Shown here piece after piece: positions 27,377-37,726 of a stretch of 63,153 bases of DNA. A program made the translations under genes and the position numbers. This DNA is from an uncultured Gammaproteobacteria bacterium. Its GTDB lineage: Bacteria > Patescibacteriota > Microgenomatia > UBA12405. Each line of letters opens with the position of its first letter. Within the stretch, counting starts at the first letter, position 1. The DNA is taken from assembly GCA_964497945.1 (NCBI GenBank), contig CAZCFJ010000001.1, forward strand, positions 1-63,153, written 5' to 3'. Under the pieces are notes generated by a model, which saw only the letters and a program-made list of their open reading frames with translations, ran no database searches and was not told the origin of the DNA.

Positions 27377-28883
27377 TTGGGGATTAAAAATATTCCTTTC
27401 CCTTATAATTATCGGAGTCTATTTTTTTACTCGACTTCAAAATCTTACTTCGATTCCTGTTTTTGGTGATGAAGCTATTTATATTCGCTGGTCACAAATT
27501 ATCAAAAATGAAGAAACCCTTCGTTTTATTCCCCAAACTGATGGTAAACAACCACTTTTTATGTGGCTTACTGCCGTTTTACTTCGATTTCATTTTGATC
27601 CTCTTATAACTGGTCGTCTTGTGTCTGTTTTAGTCGGTTTTATTAGTCTTATTGGAATTTTTATAACTACTTGTGTGGTTATCGATTTTTTCAATCCTTC
27701 TCGTGATCCAATTAAATTCATTAAAGAATCCATCAGAGACAACTTTTATTACGGTTTTCTTTCATCATTGATTTATCTCTTTATCCCTTTTACTTTTTTC
27801 TTTGATAGATTATCAGTTCCTGATAATCTGCTTTCAGCCTTCGGTATTTGGTCACTTTTGTTTTCATTACTCTTAGCTAAATTTCGTCGTCTTGATCTGT
27901 CCTTAATCCTAGGTATGATTTTAGGTCTTGCCTGGTTAACTAAATCTCCGGCTATCTATTTTATTGCTTTATCAATTTCTACTTTTTTTGTCTTTAATTT
28001 CAAACGAATTAATACTTATTATTTGCCTATTATTTCATCGATTATTGCTTTTTTAATTTACAATATTCTTCGACTTGGTCCTCAATTTAATATGATTTCT
28101 CTTCGTAATCGGGACTATGTTTGGACCTTATCAGAAATTATCAAACATCCATTCGATCCACTAATACCTCATTTACACGATACTTTAATGATTTTTGGCC
28201 AATATATTTCTTGGCCAATTCTAATCTTCGCTCTCGTTGGTCTTTTCTTATTCTTTTTTTATCAAAAAAACACCCATCTTTTCGTTATTCTCGGGTGGGC
28301 ACTTTTACCTCTAATTGCCAATTCTGCCATGGCTAAAGTTTTTACCGCCAGATATATTCTTTTCATTATTCCTTCAATCATAATTCTTATTAGTGTCGGT
28401 TTATCTGTATTTTTTAAAAACAATATTTCTCGAATTATCTTTGTTTTAATCCTTCTTATTCCTAATTTATTTTGGCTCAAAAAAATTAGCACTGATCCTT
28501 TTCATATTCAATTATTAAGCACTGAAGCCGGTTATCTTAGCGATTGGACCTCTGGTTGGGGTATTAAAAATTGTGCTGATTATCTAAAAGAAAGATCAAA
28601 AGTCGCCAATGTTATTGTCGGTACCGAAGGTTCTTTCGGTACTTTACCCGATGGACTCCAAATCTACACTGACGGCACCAAACAACTTACTATAATCGGC
28701 CTTGGACTAGGTTTTACTTCCGTTCCTGATAATTTAAATAACGCCAAAAAATTTGGCGATGAAGTTTATATTATTGCTAATCAGTCAAGATTAAAATTAA
28801 ATTCTTTAGAAATGGATAAAGTCAAAATTATTCAAAAATATTCAAAACCAGATAACGATTATTTGTTGTTAATTCAAATATGA
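27360..28883 (+). CDS. Polytopic GT-C glycosyltransferase-like protein (PMT_2/ArnT-like)
   Basis: First-loop motif VFGDEAIYIRW, then DGKQPLFMW, many TM segments and a C-terminal soluble domain. ATG 27360 overlaps the upstream GT2 gene by 17 nt. Confidence 0.7.
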   Translation: MIKKNNWGLKIFLSLIIIGVYFFTRLQNLTSIPVFGDEAIYIRWSQIIKNEETLRFIPQTDGKQPLFMWLTAVLLRFHFDPLITGRLVSVLVGFISLIGIFITTCVVIDFFNPSRDPIKFIKESIRDNFYYGFLSSLIYLFIPFTFFFDRLSVPDNLLSAFGIWSLLFSLLLAKFRRLDLSLILGMILGLAWLTKSPAIYFIALSISTFFVFNFKRINTYYLPIISSIIAFLIYNILRLGPQFNMISLRNRDYVWTLSEIIKHPFDPLIPHLHDTLMIFGQYISWPILIFALVGLFLFFFYQKNTHLFVILGWALLPLIANSAMAKVFTARYILFIIPSIIILISVGLSVFFKNNISRIIFVLILLIPNLFWLKKISTDPFHIQLLSTEAGYLSDWTSGWGIKNCADYLKERSKVANVIVGTEGSFGTLPDGLQIYTDGTKQLTIIGLGLGFTSVPDNLNNAKKFGDEVYIIANQSRLKLNSLEMDKVKIIQKYSKPDNDYLLLIQI

Positions 28884-30130
28884 AATTTTCCCAAAAAAAA
28901 TTATTTTTAATCATGTTATTAGCCATTTCTATTCGAGTTTTTTTAATGCTTTTTAGCTATCATCCTGATCTGGCAGGACAAACCTTATCTAGCTATTTCT
29001 TTGCTTCAAAAAACATTTTTAATATTTATGACTACCTTCTTAATCTTAGCCCAAATCATCCGTTGGTAAAAAACTTTGGTGTTGGAGATATTTTTATATA
29101 TCCACCGTTAACTTATTTTACTTTGGGGATTTTCCAAAAAATTCTTTCTCCGTTCAATATTTACCCATTTATTCAAAACATTATGAATGGGGTTAATATT
29201 TATACCATCTCTAATCTCAATATAAATTTGTTTTTACTAAAACTGCCATATCTTTTTATCGATATTCTTCTGGCTTATTTATTGACCAAATTATTTAATA
29301 ACGATAAGCAAAAAAAGAATATTTTTATTTTATGGCTCTTCAACCCAGTTACTCTTTATACCACTTTTTGCATGGGGGTCTTCGATATTATTCCAGTTCT
29401 TTTTACTGTACTTTCCTTAATTTTTATAAAAGACAAAAAATATTGTTTAAGCGCTGCTATGCTGGGTATCGGAGCTGCTTACAAAATGTATCCTTTATAT
29501 TTACTCCCGATTTTATCTTTTGCCACTTCAAAAAACTTTAAAGATTTCATCAAAATCAATTTTGCTGGGGTTATTCCGTTAATATTGACTAATATTCCAT
29601 TCATAACCTCTAGTGCCTATCGATACATGGTTTTTAGTCCCAAAAGTCAAAAAATGCTTTTTATGGAATGGATGATGACTAACGCTGAAGGTATTTATCC
29701 TTTTATTTTATTAACTACCATATTAATAATATTTGCTTCTCAGAAAAAAGATTTATTCACTAAAATTCCGGCTCAATTTTATCTTATTTTTTTTCTTATT
29801 CTATTTTCAGTTACCCACTATCACCCCCAATGGTTCATTTGGGTTACCCCGTTTATTTTAATTGACTTAGTTGCAAACAATTTTAAAAATTTCTGGAGCT
29901 ACCTATCTTTATTTGCTATTTATACTTTTATTGTCTTCACTTTTGAAAACTCACTCTCAGTTGGTTTATTCGCTGTTATTAATACCAATCTGAATAATTT
30001 TACAGGAACCGCTAATATTATTTCCAAATTTACTGATATTTTTACCTTAAAAAGCATCCTTAGGAGTGTTTTTGCTGGAATTAGTTTATACTTAAGCCAC
30101 GATTTGCTTGTTAAAAAACAATCAGAATAA
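28880..30130 (+). CDS. Polytopic membrane protein, a divergent member of the second GT-C-like family in this cluster
   Basis: The N-terminus (SYHPDLAGQ ... IYPPLTYF) is similar to the 41674, 42907c and 46863 proteins. ATGA overlap with the upstream gene. Confidence 0.5.
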   Translation: MKFSQKKLFLIMLLAISIRVFLMLFSYHPDLAGQTLSSYFFASKNIFNIYDYLLNLSPNHPLVKNFGVGDIFIYPPLTYFTLGIFQKILSPFNIYPFIQNIMNGVNIYTISNLNINLFLLKLPYLFIDILLAYLLTKLFNNDKQKKNIFILWLFNPVTLYTTFCMGVFDIIPVLFTVLSLIFIKDKKYCLSAAMLGIGAAYKMYPLYLLPILSFATSKNFKDFIKINFAGVIPLILTNIPFITSSAYRYMVFSPKSQKMLFMEWMMTNAEGIYPFILLTTILIIFASQKKDLFTKIPAQFYLIFFLILFSVTHYHPQWFIWVTPFILIDLVANNFKNFWSYLSLFAIYTFIVFTFENSLSVGLFAVINTNLNNFTGTANIISKFTDIFTLKSILRSVFAGISLYLSHDLLVKKQSE

Positions 30131-30135
30131 TCTTT

Positions 30136-31923
30136 ATGTCTAAAATTTTTTCAAAAATTCGAACATTTATCTTTTGGTTTATTAAACAAAAATACTTTCC
30201 TTACGTTTTAATTATTGTCTTATCAATTCCTGCTTTTTTCTTCTTTTTTAAACCGGGAGTATATTGGAACATGCATGATGATATGCAAATGATTCGTCAG
30301 TTAGAATTTGAAAAATGCCTTTATGACGGCCAAATTCCTTGTCGATGGACCCCTGACTTAGGATTTGGTTATGGTTATCCTTTATTTAATTTTTATCCAC
30401 CATTACCGAGTATTATTGGCCAAGTTTTTCGTACTTTTGGTTTTGACTTTATGACCACAGTGAAATTAGTGGCCGTTCTTCAATTTATTTTAGCTGCTTG
30501 TTTTATGTATTTACTTGTCTCATCAATTTTTGGTATTACCGGCGGTCTTATTTCCGCTTTATTTTATACTTATGCTCCTTACCATGCTCTTAACATTTAT
30601 GTCCGTGGAGCTATGAATGAAGCTTGGGCATCTGTCTTTTTTCCACTTATTCTCTATTTTTCTAGAAAACTTATCTTAGAAAAGAAACCAAAATCCATCA
30701 TTGGTTTAGGAATATCATTCAGTTGTCTTCTCTTGTCACACAACCCCATGGCTTTAACTTTTACCCCAATACTTTTTATCTGGTGTATTTTTTGGATTAT
30801 AACCGAATTTTCCAAAAAAACGTCAATTTTAAAAAATATTCAAAAACAACTTTCTACTATTTGGGGACTTTATTTGTCCGGCATTTTATCTATCGGTCTG
30901 GTCGCTTTTTTTACCTTTCCTGTTCTTACAGAAACTAAATATGTCAGCATTGATTCCATGTTTAATGGCTATTATTATTTTTCAGCCCATTTTGTTTCGC
31001 TTTTCCAAATGTTTATTAGTAACTTTTGGGGTGATGGGGGATCAATCTGGGGACCAAATGATAGTATGTCATTTATGATTGGTTATCTTCATTGGGCAAT
31101 TCCTCTTTTTATTACCATCATGGTTTTTGTCAATTTTTTAAAAACCAAAAAAATTAACTCAAAGATTCTTCTTTCTGTTATTTTTGCTTTTATTGGGTTA
31201 TTTACCGCTTTTATGTGTCATGAAAAATCGACTCCTCTTTGGTTCATTTTTCCGATTATTCAAAAGGTTCAGTTTCCTTGGAGATTTTTAAACTTAACTA
31301 CCTTTGCTTTTTCTTTTACTGTAGGTGTTTTGCCAATAATTTTTTCCCAAATTTTCCGACTCAAAGATAAATTTATTAGTATTATAACCACTATTATTTT
31401 AATAATTTTATTTATCGTCAATATTAAATATTTCTATCCGGTTCACAGTGGACCTATTACTGATAACCAAAAGTTTTCTGGTTTAAATTGGGAACGACAA
31501 ATAACCTCGGGTATCTATGACTATCTTCCAAAAACTGCTGCTAAAGCCGCTATTTCGCCGGCTCGGGAATATATTGATGAAATTGACCCAAAAGAGGCTC
31601 TTATAAATATTTCTGGACAGCAAAAAGGCACAGATTGGTTACTTTTTACAGTTTCTTTAAGTCAGGAAGCAAAAATTACCATTTCCCAGTTAGCCTTTCC
31701 TAACTTTATTATTACCGATAACAATCAAAAAATTAACTATCAAATTGACCCTGAATTCGGCAGAATGATCATCAATTTAAAATCAGGTCAACATCAAATC
31801 TTTGTTAAATTAACCAACACTCCAATAAGAACTATTTCTAATTACATCTCACTTGTAACTCTAATCGGTTTAAGTGTCTATCTATTAAAACCTCTATGGA
31901 CCAAATTGATCTTCAAGAAATAA
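30136..31923 (+). CDS. Large polytopic membrane protein (595 aa), GT-C-like, no paralog in the window
   Basis: First loop MHDDMQMIRQLEFEKCLYDGQIPCRWTPDLGFGYGYPLFNFYPPLP, more than 10 TM segments, and a C-terminal soluble domain followed by a TM segment. Confidence 0.5.
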   Translation: MSKIFSKIRTFIFWFIKQKYFPYVLIIVLSIPAFFFFFKPGVYWNMHDDMQMIRQLEFEKCLYDGQIPCRWTPDLGFGYGYPLFNFYPPLPSIIGQVFRTFGFDFMTTVKLVAVLQFILAACFMYLLVSSIFGITGGLISALFYTYAPYHALNIYVRGAMNEAWASVFFPLILYFSRKLILEKKPKSIIGLGISFSCLLLSHNPMALTFTPILFIWCIFWIITEFSKKTSILKNIQKQLSTIWGLYLSGILSIGLVAFFTFPVLTETKYVSIDSMFNGYYYFSAHFVSLFQMFISNFWGDGGSIWGPNDSMSFMIGYLHWAIPLFITIMVFVNFLKTKKINSKILLSVIFAFIGLFTAFMCHEKSTPLWFIFPIIQKVQFPWRFLNLTTFAFSFTVGVLPIIFSQIFRLKDKFISIITTIILIILFIVNIKYFYPVHSGPITDNQKFSGLNWERQITSGIYDYLPKTAAKAAISPAREYIDEIDPKEALINISGQQKGTDWLLFTVSLSQEAKITISQLAFPNFIITDNNQKINYQIDPEFGRMIINLKSGQHQIFVKLTNTPIRTISNYISLVTLIGLSVYLLKPLWTKLIFKK

Positions 31924-33338
31924 AACACAAAACTACCAGTAGTGTTATTTTTTTATCACTCAGAAACCTGGGTATCCAAGCAATAGCCTTTATTGGCTTT
32001 TTTCTCTTAAGTTATCTTTTAGGCACAAACGAAGTTGGTGTTTTTGCTATCGTCGCTGAATCTGTAAGCATTCTTGGTTATTTTTCCGATATAGGGCTAG
32101 CTGCTGCTTTAATTCAACAAAAAGATGAGGTTACCAAAGACGAACTTCAAACAACTTTTTGTATTCAACAAACGCTAGTTATGATTGCTCTAATCATAGC
32201 TTTTCCTATTGTCAGCAAACAACATTTAGGTTTCAATGAAATCTGGATTGTTATCTCTCTCTGCTTTTCCTTTATGGCCGCTTCACTTAAAACAATCCCG
32301 TCAGTTCTTCTGGAAAGAAAATTAAATTTTAAACTTCTGTCTACCATCGATATTATCGAAAATATTACTTTTTACCTTATAGCCGTAATTTTTGCTTTTC
32401 TAGGTTTTGGAACTCTCTCGTATGCTATTGCTACGTTTGTCCGTAGTTTACTTGGTCTTATTATAATATACAAATTTATCTCATGGCCAATTGGTTTTTC
32501 ATTTTCCAAAAATGTCGCTAAAAAACTTTTTAAATATGGTGTCCCTTATCAAATGAACTCATTAATATCGGTAGCAAAAGATCGATTATCAAACCTTTTT
32601 GTTGCTCAAATTATTGGCACTAATTCATTTGGAATTTTAGCCTGGGCTCAAAAAGGTCCTCGAATGCCATTAAGTTTTATGGATGCGATTATGAAGATAA
32701 CTTTCCCGACTTTTTCCAGGCTTCAAGATCATAAAGATTTACTAAAAAAATCACTTAATAAAAGTCTTTTCTTTATTGCCTTAATTGTATTTCCCGCCTT
32801 AGTTGGAATATCATTTATTGGCCTAGATTTCATCTACATTGTTCCAAAATATACCAAATGGTTGCCGGCAATTTTACCCATGTATTTATACGCCTTTAAT
32901 AGTGCCATTGCTGCTATCACGACACCAATTACCAATGCTTTTAATGCTATAGGAAAAATAACTCTAACCACAAAATTTATGGTTCTGTGGACTATATTAA
33001 CTTGGATATTTTTCCCTACGCTTAGCTGGAAATTTGGATATATGGGCACTGTCGTCGCCTCTGTAATTGTTGGTATTAGTTCATTTATTGTTTGGTTTGT
33101 TGCTCAACGGGAATTTGGGTTCAGTATATTTGAATCTGTCAAAAAGCCATTTCTTGGTTCAATTTTAATGGGACTAATATTATTACTAGTCAACCAGTTT
33201 AACTTAAATCATTTATTAAATGTGATAATCAAAATTATTATTGGTTGTTTAACGTATTTTATTTTTATCATTTTCTCTTCAAAAGACGAAATTAATTGGT
33301 TTTGGCAACAAATTCAATGTCTCAAAAACAAAAAATAA
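31896..33338 (+). CDS. Wzx-like (MOP superfamily) polysaccharide/oligosaccharide flippase
   Basis: 480 aa with about 12-14 TM segments. The N-terminal organisation (SLRNLGIQAIAFIGFFLLSYLLG..VGVFAIV) is typical of Polysacc_synt proteins. Confidence 0.7.
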   Translation: MDQIDLQEIKHKTTSSVIFLSLRNLGIQAIAFIGFFLLSYLLGTNEVGVFAIVAESVSILGYFSDIGLAAALIQQKDEVTKDELQTTFCIQQTLVMIALIIAFPIVSKQHLGFNEIWIVISLCFSFMAASLKTIPSVLLERKLNFKLLSTIDIIENITFYLIAVIFAFLGFGTLSYAIATFVRSLLGLIIIYKFISWPIGFSFSKNVAKKLFKYGVPYQMNSLISVAKDRLSNLFVAQIIGTNSFGILAWAQKGPRMPLSFMDAIMKITFPTFSRLQDHKDLLKKSLNKSLFFIALIVFPALVGISFIGLDFIYIVPKYTKWLPAILPMYLYAFNSAIAAITTPITNAFNAIGKITLTTKFMVLWTILTWIFFPTLSWKFGYMGTVVASVIVGISSFIVWFVAQREFGFSIFESVKKPFLGSILMGLILLLVNQFNLNHLLNVIIKIIIGCLTYFIFIIFSSKDEINWFWQQIQCLKNKK

Positions 33339-35032
33339 TTCCCGCGCTAATTATCCTTTTAGGAACAATTGTTACTTCATTGACCATGATTCGTAGTGGT
33401 CTTACATATAATTTTGGTCTCGGTTTTTGGGGACCAAATGGTCACGATGGTATTTGGCATTTAAGTCTGATCAACCAGCTCCAAAAAAATATTCCTCCTT
33501 TCAATCCAGTATATAGTGGCAGTATTTTAACTAATTATCATTGGGGGTTCGATTTAGTTGCCGCCATTTTAGGAAAATTATTCAATAATAATAGCTTCGT
33601 TTATTTTCAGTTTTTACCCATAATTTTTGGTCTAACTTTAGGTTATCTATCTTTTAGACTCATCAAACAAACTACCAAAAACTCAACTTTGGCTAATATT
33701 TTTACTTTTTTGATTTATTTTTCGGGCTCATTTGGATGGATTTATACTTTAATTAAATCAGGCAACCTTGGGGGAGAATCACTTTTTTGGTCAATGCAAT
33801 CCGTTTCAACTTTAATCAATCCACCATTTGCGCTTTCCTTAATCATTATACTTTTTGGATTAATTCTCTGGTCAAAAAACAACTCATCTAATAAATATAA
33901 AATTGCAACTATTAACGGAATAATATTTGGGGTTCTTTCTGGAATCAAAGTTTATGCCGGCATTCTCATTGGTCTGACTTTGGTTATTTTTTGGTTCTTT
34001 GATTTTCTTAAAACTAAAAAAATTTTTAACTACAACTTTTTTACCTGGATCACCACTTTAACTATTTCTCTAGTCATTCTTGGATCACTTGGTGTTCTCA
34101 AAAGTTCTTCAATTTTAGAATTCAAACCACTTTGGTTTACTCACTCTATGATTGAATCTACCGACAAATTTTACTTTCCCAAAATTGCCGCTTATCGAAT
34201 TAATCTCTCACAAAATCTAAATCCCATTAAACTTCCGTTTTATATCGGACTTGAAACCGGTCTTATATTTATATTTATTATTGGCAACATGGGTTTCAGA
34301 GTCTTTGGGCTAATTCCAATCTATAAAAAAATCAAAAACCGTCAATTTACTTCATTCGAAAAATTAACTCTCATTTTAATGAGTCTCGCCCTATTCATTC
34401 CTCTCATTTTTGTTCAAAAAGGCACGGCTTGGAATACTATTCAATTTTTTTATTATTTTCTCTTTTTTTCAAATTTATTTTTTGCCCAATTCATCTCTGA
34501 TTTTTTAAAAATAAAAAGTAAAAAAAACATTGTTATTATGATTTTTATCCTCGCCGTAACCAATCTTACAAGTATTGCTACTATTAAAGATTATTTAGGT
34601 AACCCTCCGCCATCAGCTATACCGAATAAAGAAATTGAAGCCCTTAATTTCCTTAAAAATCAAAAAGATGGTATCGTTTTAACCTTTCCTTATGATCAGC
34701 ATGCTAAAAATAAACTCCAATTAAAAACTCCCATTCCTATGTATCTTTATGAGACTACTTCTTATGTTTCCGCTTTCAGTAATAAAATTGTCTTCCTTGA
34801 AGACGAAATGAATCTCGATATTACTGGTTTTAACTGGCAGGATAGAAAAAGTGAATCAATAAAATTCTTCAACTCCAACGACCAGTTTTTTGCCAGAGGT
34901 TTTTTAGTCAATAATCAAATCAGTTATATATACCTCATAAACGGTCAAAAAATTACTTTAGATGAATCTCAACTCCAAATTAATAAAATTTTTGATAATG
35001 GCCAAAGTCAAATCTATCAAGTTCAAAGGTGA
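33317..35032 (+). CDS. Large polytopic membrane protein (571 aa), unknown family; candidate polymerase, ligase or GT-C
   Basis: Many TM segments, the first loop GFWGPNGHDGIWHLSLINQL, and a C-terminal soluble domain. ATG 33317 overlaps the flippase gene by 22 nt. Confidence 0.45.
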   Translation: MSQKQKIIPALIILLGTIVTSLTMIRSGLTYNFGLGFWGPNGHDGIWHLSLINQLQKNIPPFNPVYSGSILTNYHWGFDLVAAILGKLFNNNSFVYFQFLPIIFGLTLGYLSFRLIKQTTKNSTLANIFTFLIYFSGSFGWIYTLIKSGNLGGESLFWSMQSVSTLINPPFALSLIIILFGLILWSKNNSSNKYKIATINGIIFGVLSGIKVYAGILIGLTLVIFWFFDFLKTKKIFNYNFFTWITTLTISLVILGSLGVLKSSSILEFKPLWFTHSMIESTDKFYFPKIAAYRINLSQNLNPIKLPFYIGLETGLIFIFIIGNMGFRVFGLIPIYKKIKNRQFTSFEKLTLILMSLALFIPLIFVQKGTAWNTIQFFYYFLFFSNLFFAQFISDFLKIKSKKNIVIMIFILAVTNLTSIATIKDYLGNPPPSAIPNKEIEALNFLKNQKDGIVLTFPYDQHAKNKLQLKTPIPMYLYETTSYVSAFSNKIVFLEDEMNLDITGFNWQDRKSESIKFFNSNDQFFARGFLVNNQISYIYLINGQKITLDESQLQINKIFDNGQSQIYQVQR

Positions 35033-35053
35033 TAAACTTACATTATTAAACTT

Positions 35054-35989
35054 ATGAAATCTAAACCTAATATATCTGTCGTTATTAATGTTCGTAATGA
35101 AGCCGAACATTTATCAAAATGCCTTAAGTCCATCAAAGATTTAGCTGATGAAATCATCGTCGTCGATATGAAATCAACCGACAATAGTGTTACTATTGCC
35201 AAAAATTATAAAGCCAAAATTTTTAGTTATCGACCAATGAAATTTGTTGAACCTGCCAGAAACTATGCTCTTTCAAAAGCTACTGGAAAATGGATTCTTT
35301 TGCTTGACCCAGATGAATATCTCACTAAAACTCTTAAAAAAGAATTAAAAAAAATTACCCAAAGATCTGATGTTGATTTTGTTAAAATGCCTCGACAAAA
35401 TTTTATTTTTGGTAAATGGATCAAACACGCTAATTGTTGGCCCGACTATCTAATTAGGTTTTTCAAAAGTGGTACTGTCACTTGGCAAAAAGAAATTCAT
35501 AGTCAACCAGTTACTACAGGCAACGGTATCACTCTTTTAGATTCCGAAAAACTTGCCATTAAACATAATAATTATGAAAATATTAATCAATTCATCCTTC
35601 GTGCCATCAGGTATAGTAATATTCAAGCCGACGAATTAAACGCCAAAGAATATAAGGTTAAGGTCAGCGATTTTATGCTTAAACCAATTCAGGAATTTAA
35701 TAGTCGGTTTTTCTTTGCTGAAGGTTACAAGGACGGTGTTCACGGACTAATATTTTGTCTTTTACAAGGTTTTGCTATCGGTTTAATTTACGCCAAACTA
35801 TGGGAAAAGCAAGGGTCACAAGACAAACAAATTCTTCGAGAATCATTTGTTTCTGCTTCGCAAGAAGCCACCTTCGAATACGATCATTGGTTTTCTAAGT
35901 TCTTCCGTGAAGAATATTCACCAGGGTTTTTTAAGAGCTTTATCATCAAATTCCGTCATTGGCTCAATTATTTAACTAAAAATTTTTAA
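35054..35989 (+). CDS. GT2 glycosyltransferase (paralog group with 36920 and 56299)
   Basis: Contains ISVVINVRNEAEHL, VVDMKSTDNS and LLLDPDEY, plus the C-terminal amphipathic GYKDGVHGLIF..YAKLWE. Confidence 0.8.
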   Translation: MKSKPNISVVINVRNEAEHLSKCLKSIKDLADEIIVVDMKSTDNSVTIAKNYKAKIFSYRPMKFVEPARNYALSKATGKWILLLDPDEYLTKTLKKELKKITQRSDVDFVKMPRQNFIFGKWIKHANCWPDYLIRFFKSGTVTWQKEIHSQPVTTGNGITLLDSEKLAIKHNNYENINQFILRAIRYSNIQADELNAKEYKVKVSDFMLKPIQEFNSRFFFAEGYKDGVHGLIFCLLQGFAIGLIYAKLWEKQGSQDKQILRESFVSASQEATFEYDHWFSKFFREEYSPGFFKSFIIKFRHWLNYLTKNF

Positions 35990-35996
35990 TTTATCT

Positions 35997-36929
35997 ATGA
36001 TTCAAATAGCCATGGTTATTCTCAATTGGAATAAACCAGAAATGACCATCGATACTATTAATTCAATCGAAAAAATTAATACTCACGGGTTTAAATACAA
36101 AATATTTTTAGTTGATAATGGTTCGTCGGATAATTCTTTGGAAATTTTTAAAAATAAGTATTCTTCTGACTCAAAAATAGAAATCATTGAAACACACGCC
36201 AATTTAGGCTTTGTTGGTGGTAACAATGTTGCTATAAAACACATTTTAAAAACCAATTTCGATCAGATTCTTTTAATCAATAACGATGTTATTGTTGACC
36301 CTGATTTTCTAAAAAATTTAATTAAAAATAGCCATAAATATCAAGTTCTTGGTCCAAAAATTTATTTTGCTCCAGGTTATGAATATCATGCTGATTGGTA
36401 CAAACCATCCCAAAAAGGTCACGTTATATGGTTTGCTGGTGGTCAAATTGACTGGGATAATATCTATGGTAGCCACATTGGAGTTGACGAAGTTGATTGT
36501 GGCCAAAAAGATCAAATTAATGATCATATTGATTTTCTTACCGGTTGTTGTCTTCTAATTAATCGTCGAGTTTTTGAAAAAATTGGTTTATTAGACGAAA
36601 AATTTTTTATGTATCTTGAAGACGCTGATTTTTGTCAACGAGCCAAAAAAGCTGATTTTAAGTTAGCCTATATTCCCGAATCAAAAATTTGGCATATTAA
36701 TTCCGGTTCTTCCAAAAGTGGCGGAGATCTCCATAGATCAGCGCTTCATAAATTTTTTCTAACCAGAAACAGACTACTTTTTGGTTTTAAATATGCTAAG
36801 TTAAAAACTAAATTAGCCCTTATAAAAGAGTCTTTTTATCAACTATTCAATCCGTCTACTTCAAAATGGCAAAAAACTGGCATTATTGATTTTTATTTAC
36901 AAAAATTTGGTAAGGGCTCATGGCAATAA
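35997..36929 (+). CDS. GT2 glycosyltransferase (rhamnosyltransferase-like group with 38910 and 46090)
   Basis: Contains VILNWNKPEMT, VDNGSSDNS, LINNDV and YLEDADF. Confidence 0.8.
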   Translation: MIQIAMVILNWNKPEMTIDTINSIEKINTHGFKYKIFLVDNGSSDNSLEIFKNKYSSDSKIEIIETHANLGFVGGNNVAIKHILKTNFDQILLINNDVIVDPDFLKNLIKNSHKYQVLGPKIYFAPGYEYHADWYKPSQKGHVIWFAGGQIDWDNIYGSHIGVDEVDCGQKDQINDHIDFLTGCCLLINRRVFEKIGLLDEKFFMYLEDADFCQRAKKADFKLAYIPESKIWHINSGSSKSGGDLHRSALHKFFLTRNRLLFGFKYAKLKTKLALIKESFYQLFNPSTSKWQKTGIIDFYLQKFGKGSWQ

Positions 36930-37711
36930 ATAAAACACCCTTATCAATAATTGTTCTGGCTGGTAACGAAGAAAAAATGATTGTTGATTGTCTTAAAACT
37001 TGTTCTTGGGCTAAAGAAATTATTTTAGTCGCCGCCAATTCCACTGATAATACCGTTAATTTAGCAAAAAAAACTATTCCCTCTATTAAAATAGTTAAAA
37101 CCTTCGATGAATACAACAAAAATTTTAGCAAATGGCGCAATCTTGGTTTTAAATCATCTAACCAAAAGTGGATTTTTTATCTTGACGCCGATGAACGCAT
37201 CTCACTTAAACTTAAAAAAAAGATAATTAAGACTATCAATAGCAGTGCTCTATTTTCACATTATGCTATCTCTCGAGCTAATCATTTTTTAGGTCAACGC
37301 GTCCGTTATGGAGGAACTTACCCCGATTATGTCAAAAGACTTTTTAATCGAGATTTTTTTCAAGGATATCAAGGTGTTCTGCACGAACAACCAATAATTA
37401 CAGGGAAAATGGGTTATATTGACGTCGATTTACTTCATTACACTCATCGAGATTTAACTTCTATGGTTAATAAAACTTTAGTTTGGACAGATACTGAAGC
37501 TCAAGCTTTATTTAAATCTGGTCACCCACCAGTTGTTTGGTGGCGCTTTATTAGAATGATGCTTACCAAAGGCTGGGAACGGCTTATCAAACAACAAATG
37601 TGGCGTGATGGTCAGGTTGGTTGGATTTCAGTTATGTTTGAAGTTTTTAACACATTTTTGATTTATGCTCGTCTTTGGGAATTACAACAAAAGCAAAATC
37701 AAAAAATTTAA
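36920..37711 (+). CDS. GT2 glycosyltransferase
   Basis: Contains LSIIVLAGNEEKMI, NSTDNT and YLDADE, plus the C-terminal WRDGQVGWIS..YARLWE. Confidence 0.8.
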   Translation: MAINKTPLSIIVLAGNEEKMIVDCLKTCSWAKEIILVAANSTDNTVNLAKKTIPSIKIVKTFDEYNKNFSKWRNLGFKSSNQKWIFYLDADERISLKLKKKIIKTINSSALFSHYAISRANHFLGQRVRYGGTYPDYVKRLFNRDFFQGYQGVLHEQPIITGKMGYIDVDLLHYTHRDLTSMVNKTLVWTDTEAQALFKSGHPPVVWWRFIRMMLTKGWERLIKQQMWRDGQVGWISVMFEVFNTFLIYARLWELQQKQNQKI

Positions 37712-37726
37712 GGTATTATAAAGTTA

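Noticed and set aside
28880-28883. Alternative genetic code with UGA recoded, as in some candidate phyla
   Set aside because: TGA terminates several well-delimited genes in ATGA overlaps (28880, 46090, 49809, 51455, 53035, 57126, 59010 and 61416). RF2, which reads UGA, is encoded. Conserved proteins translate full length with the standard code.
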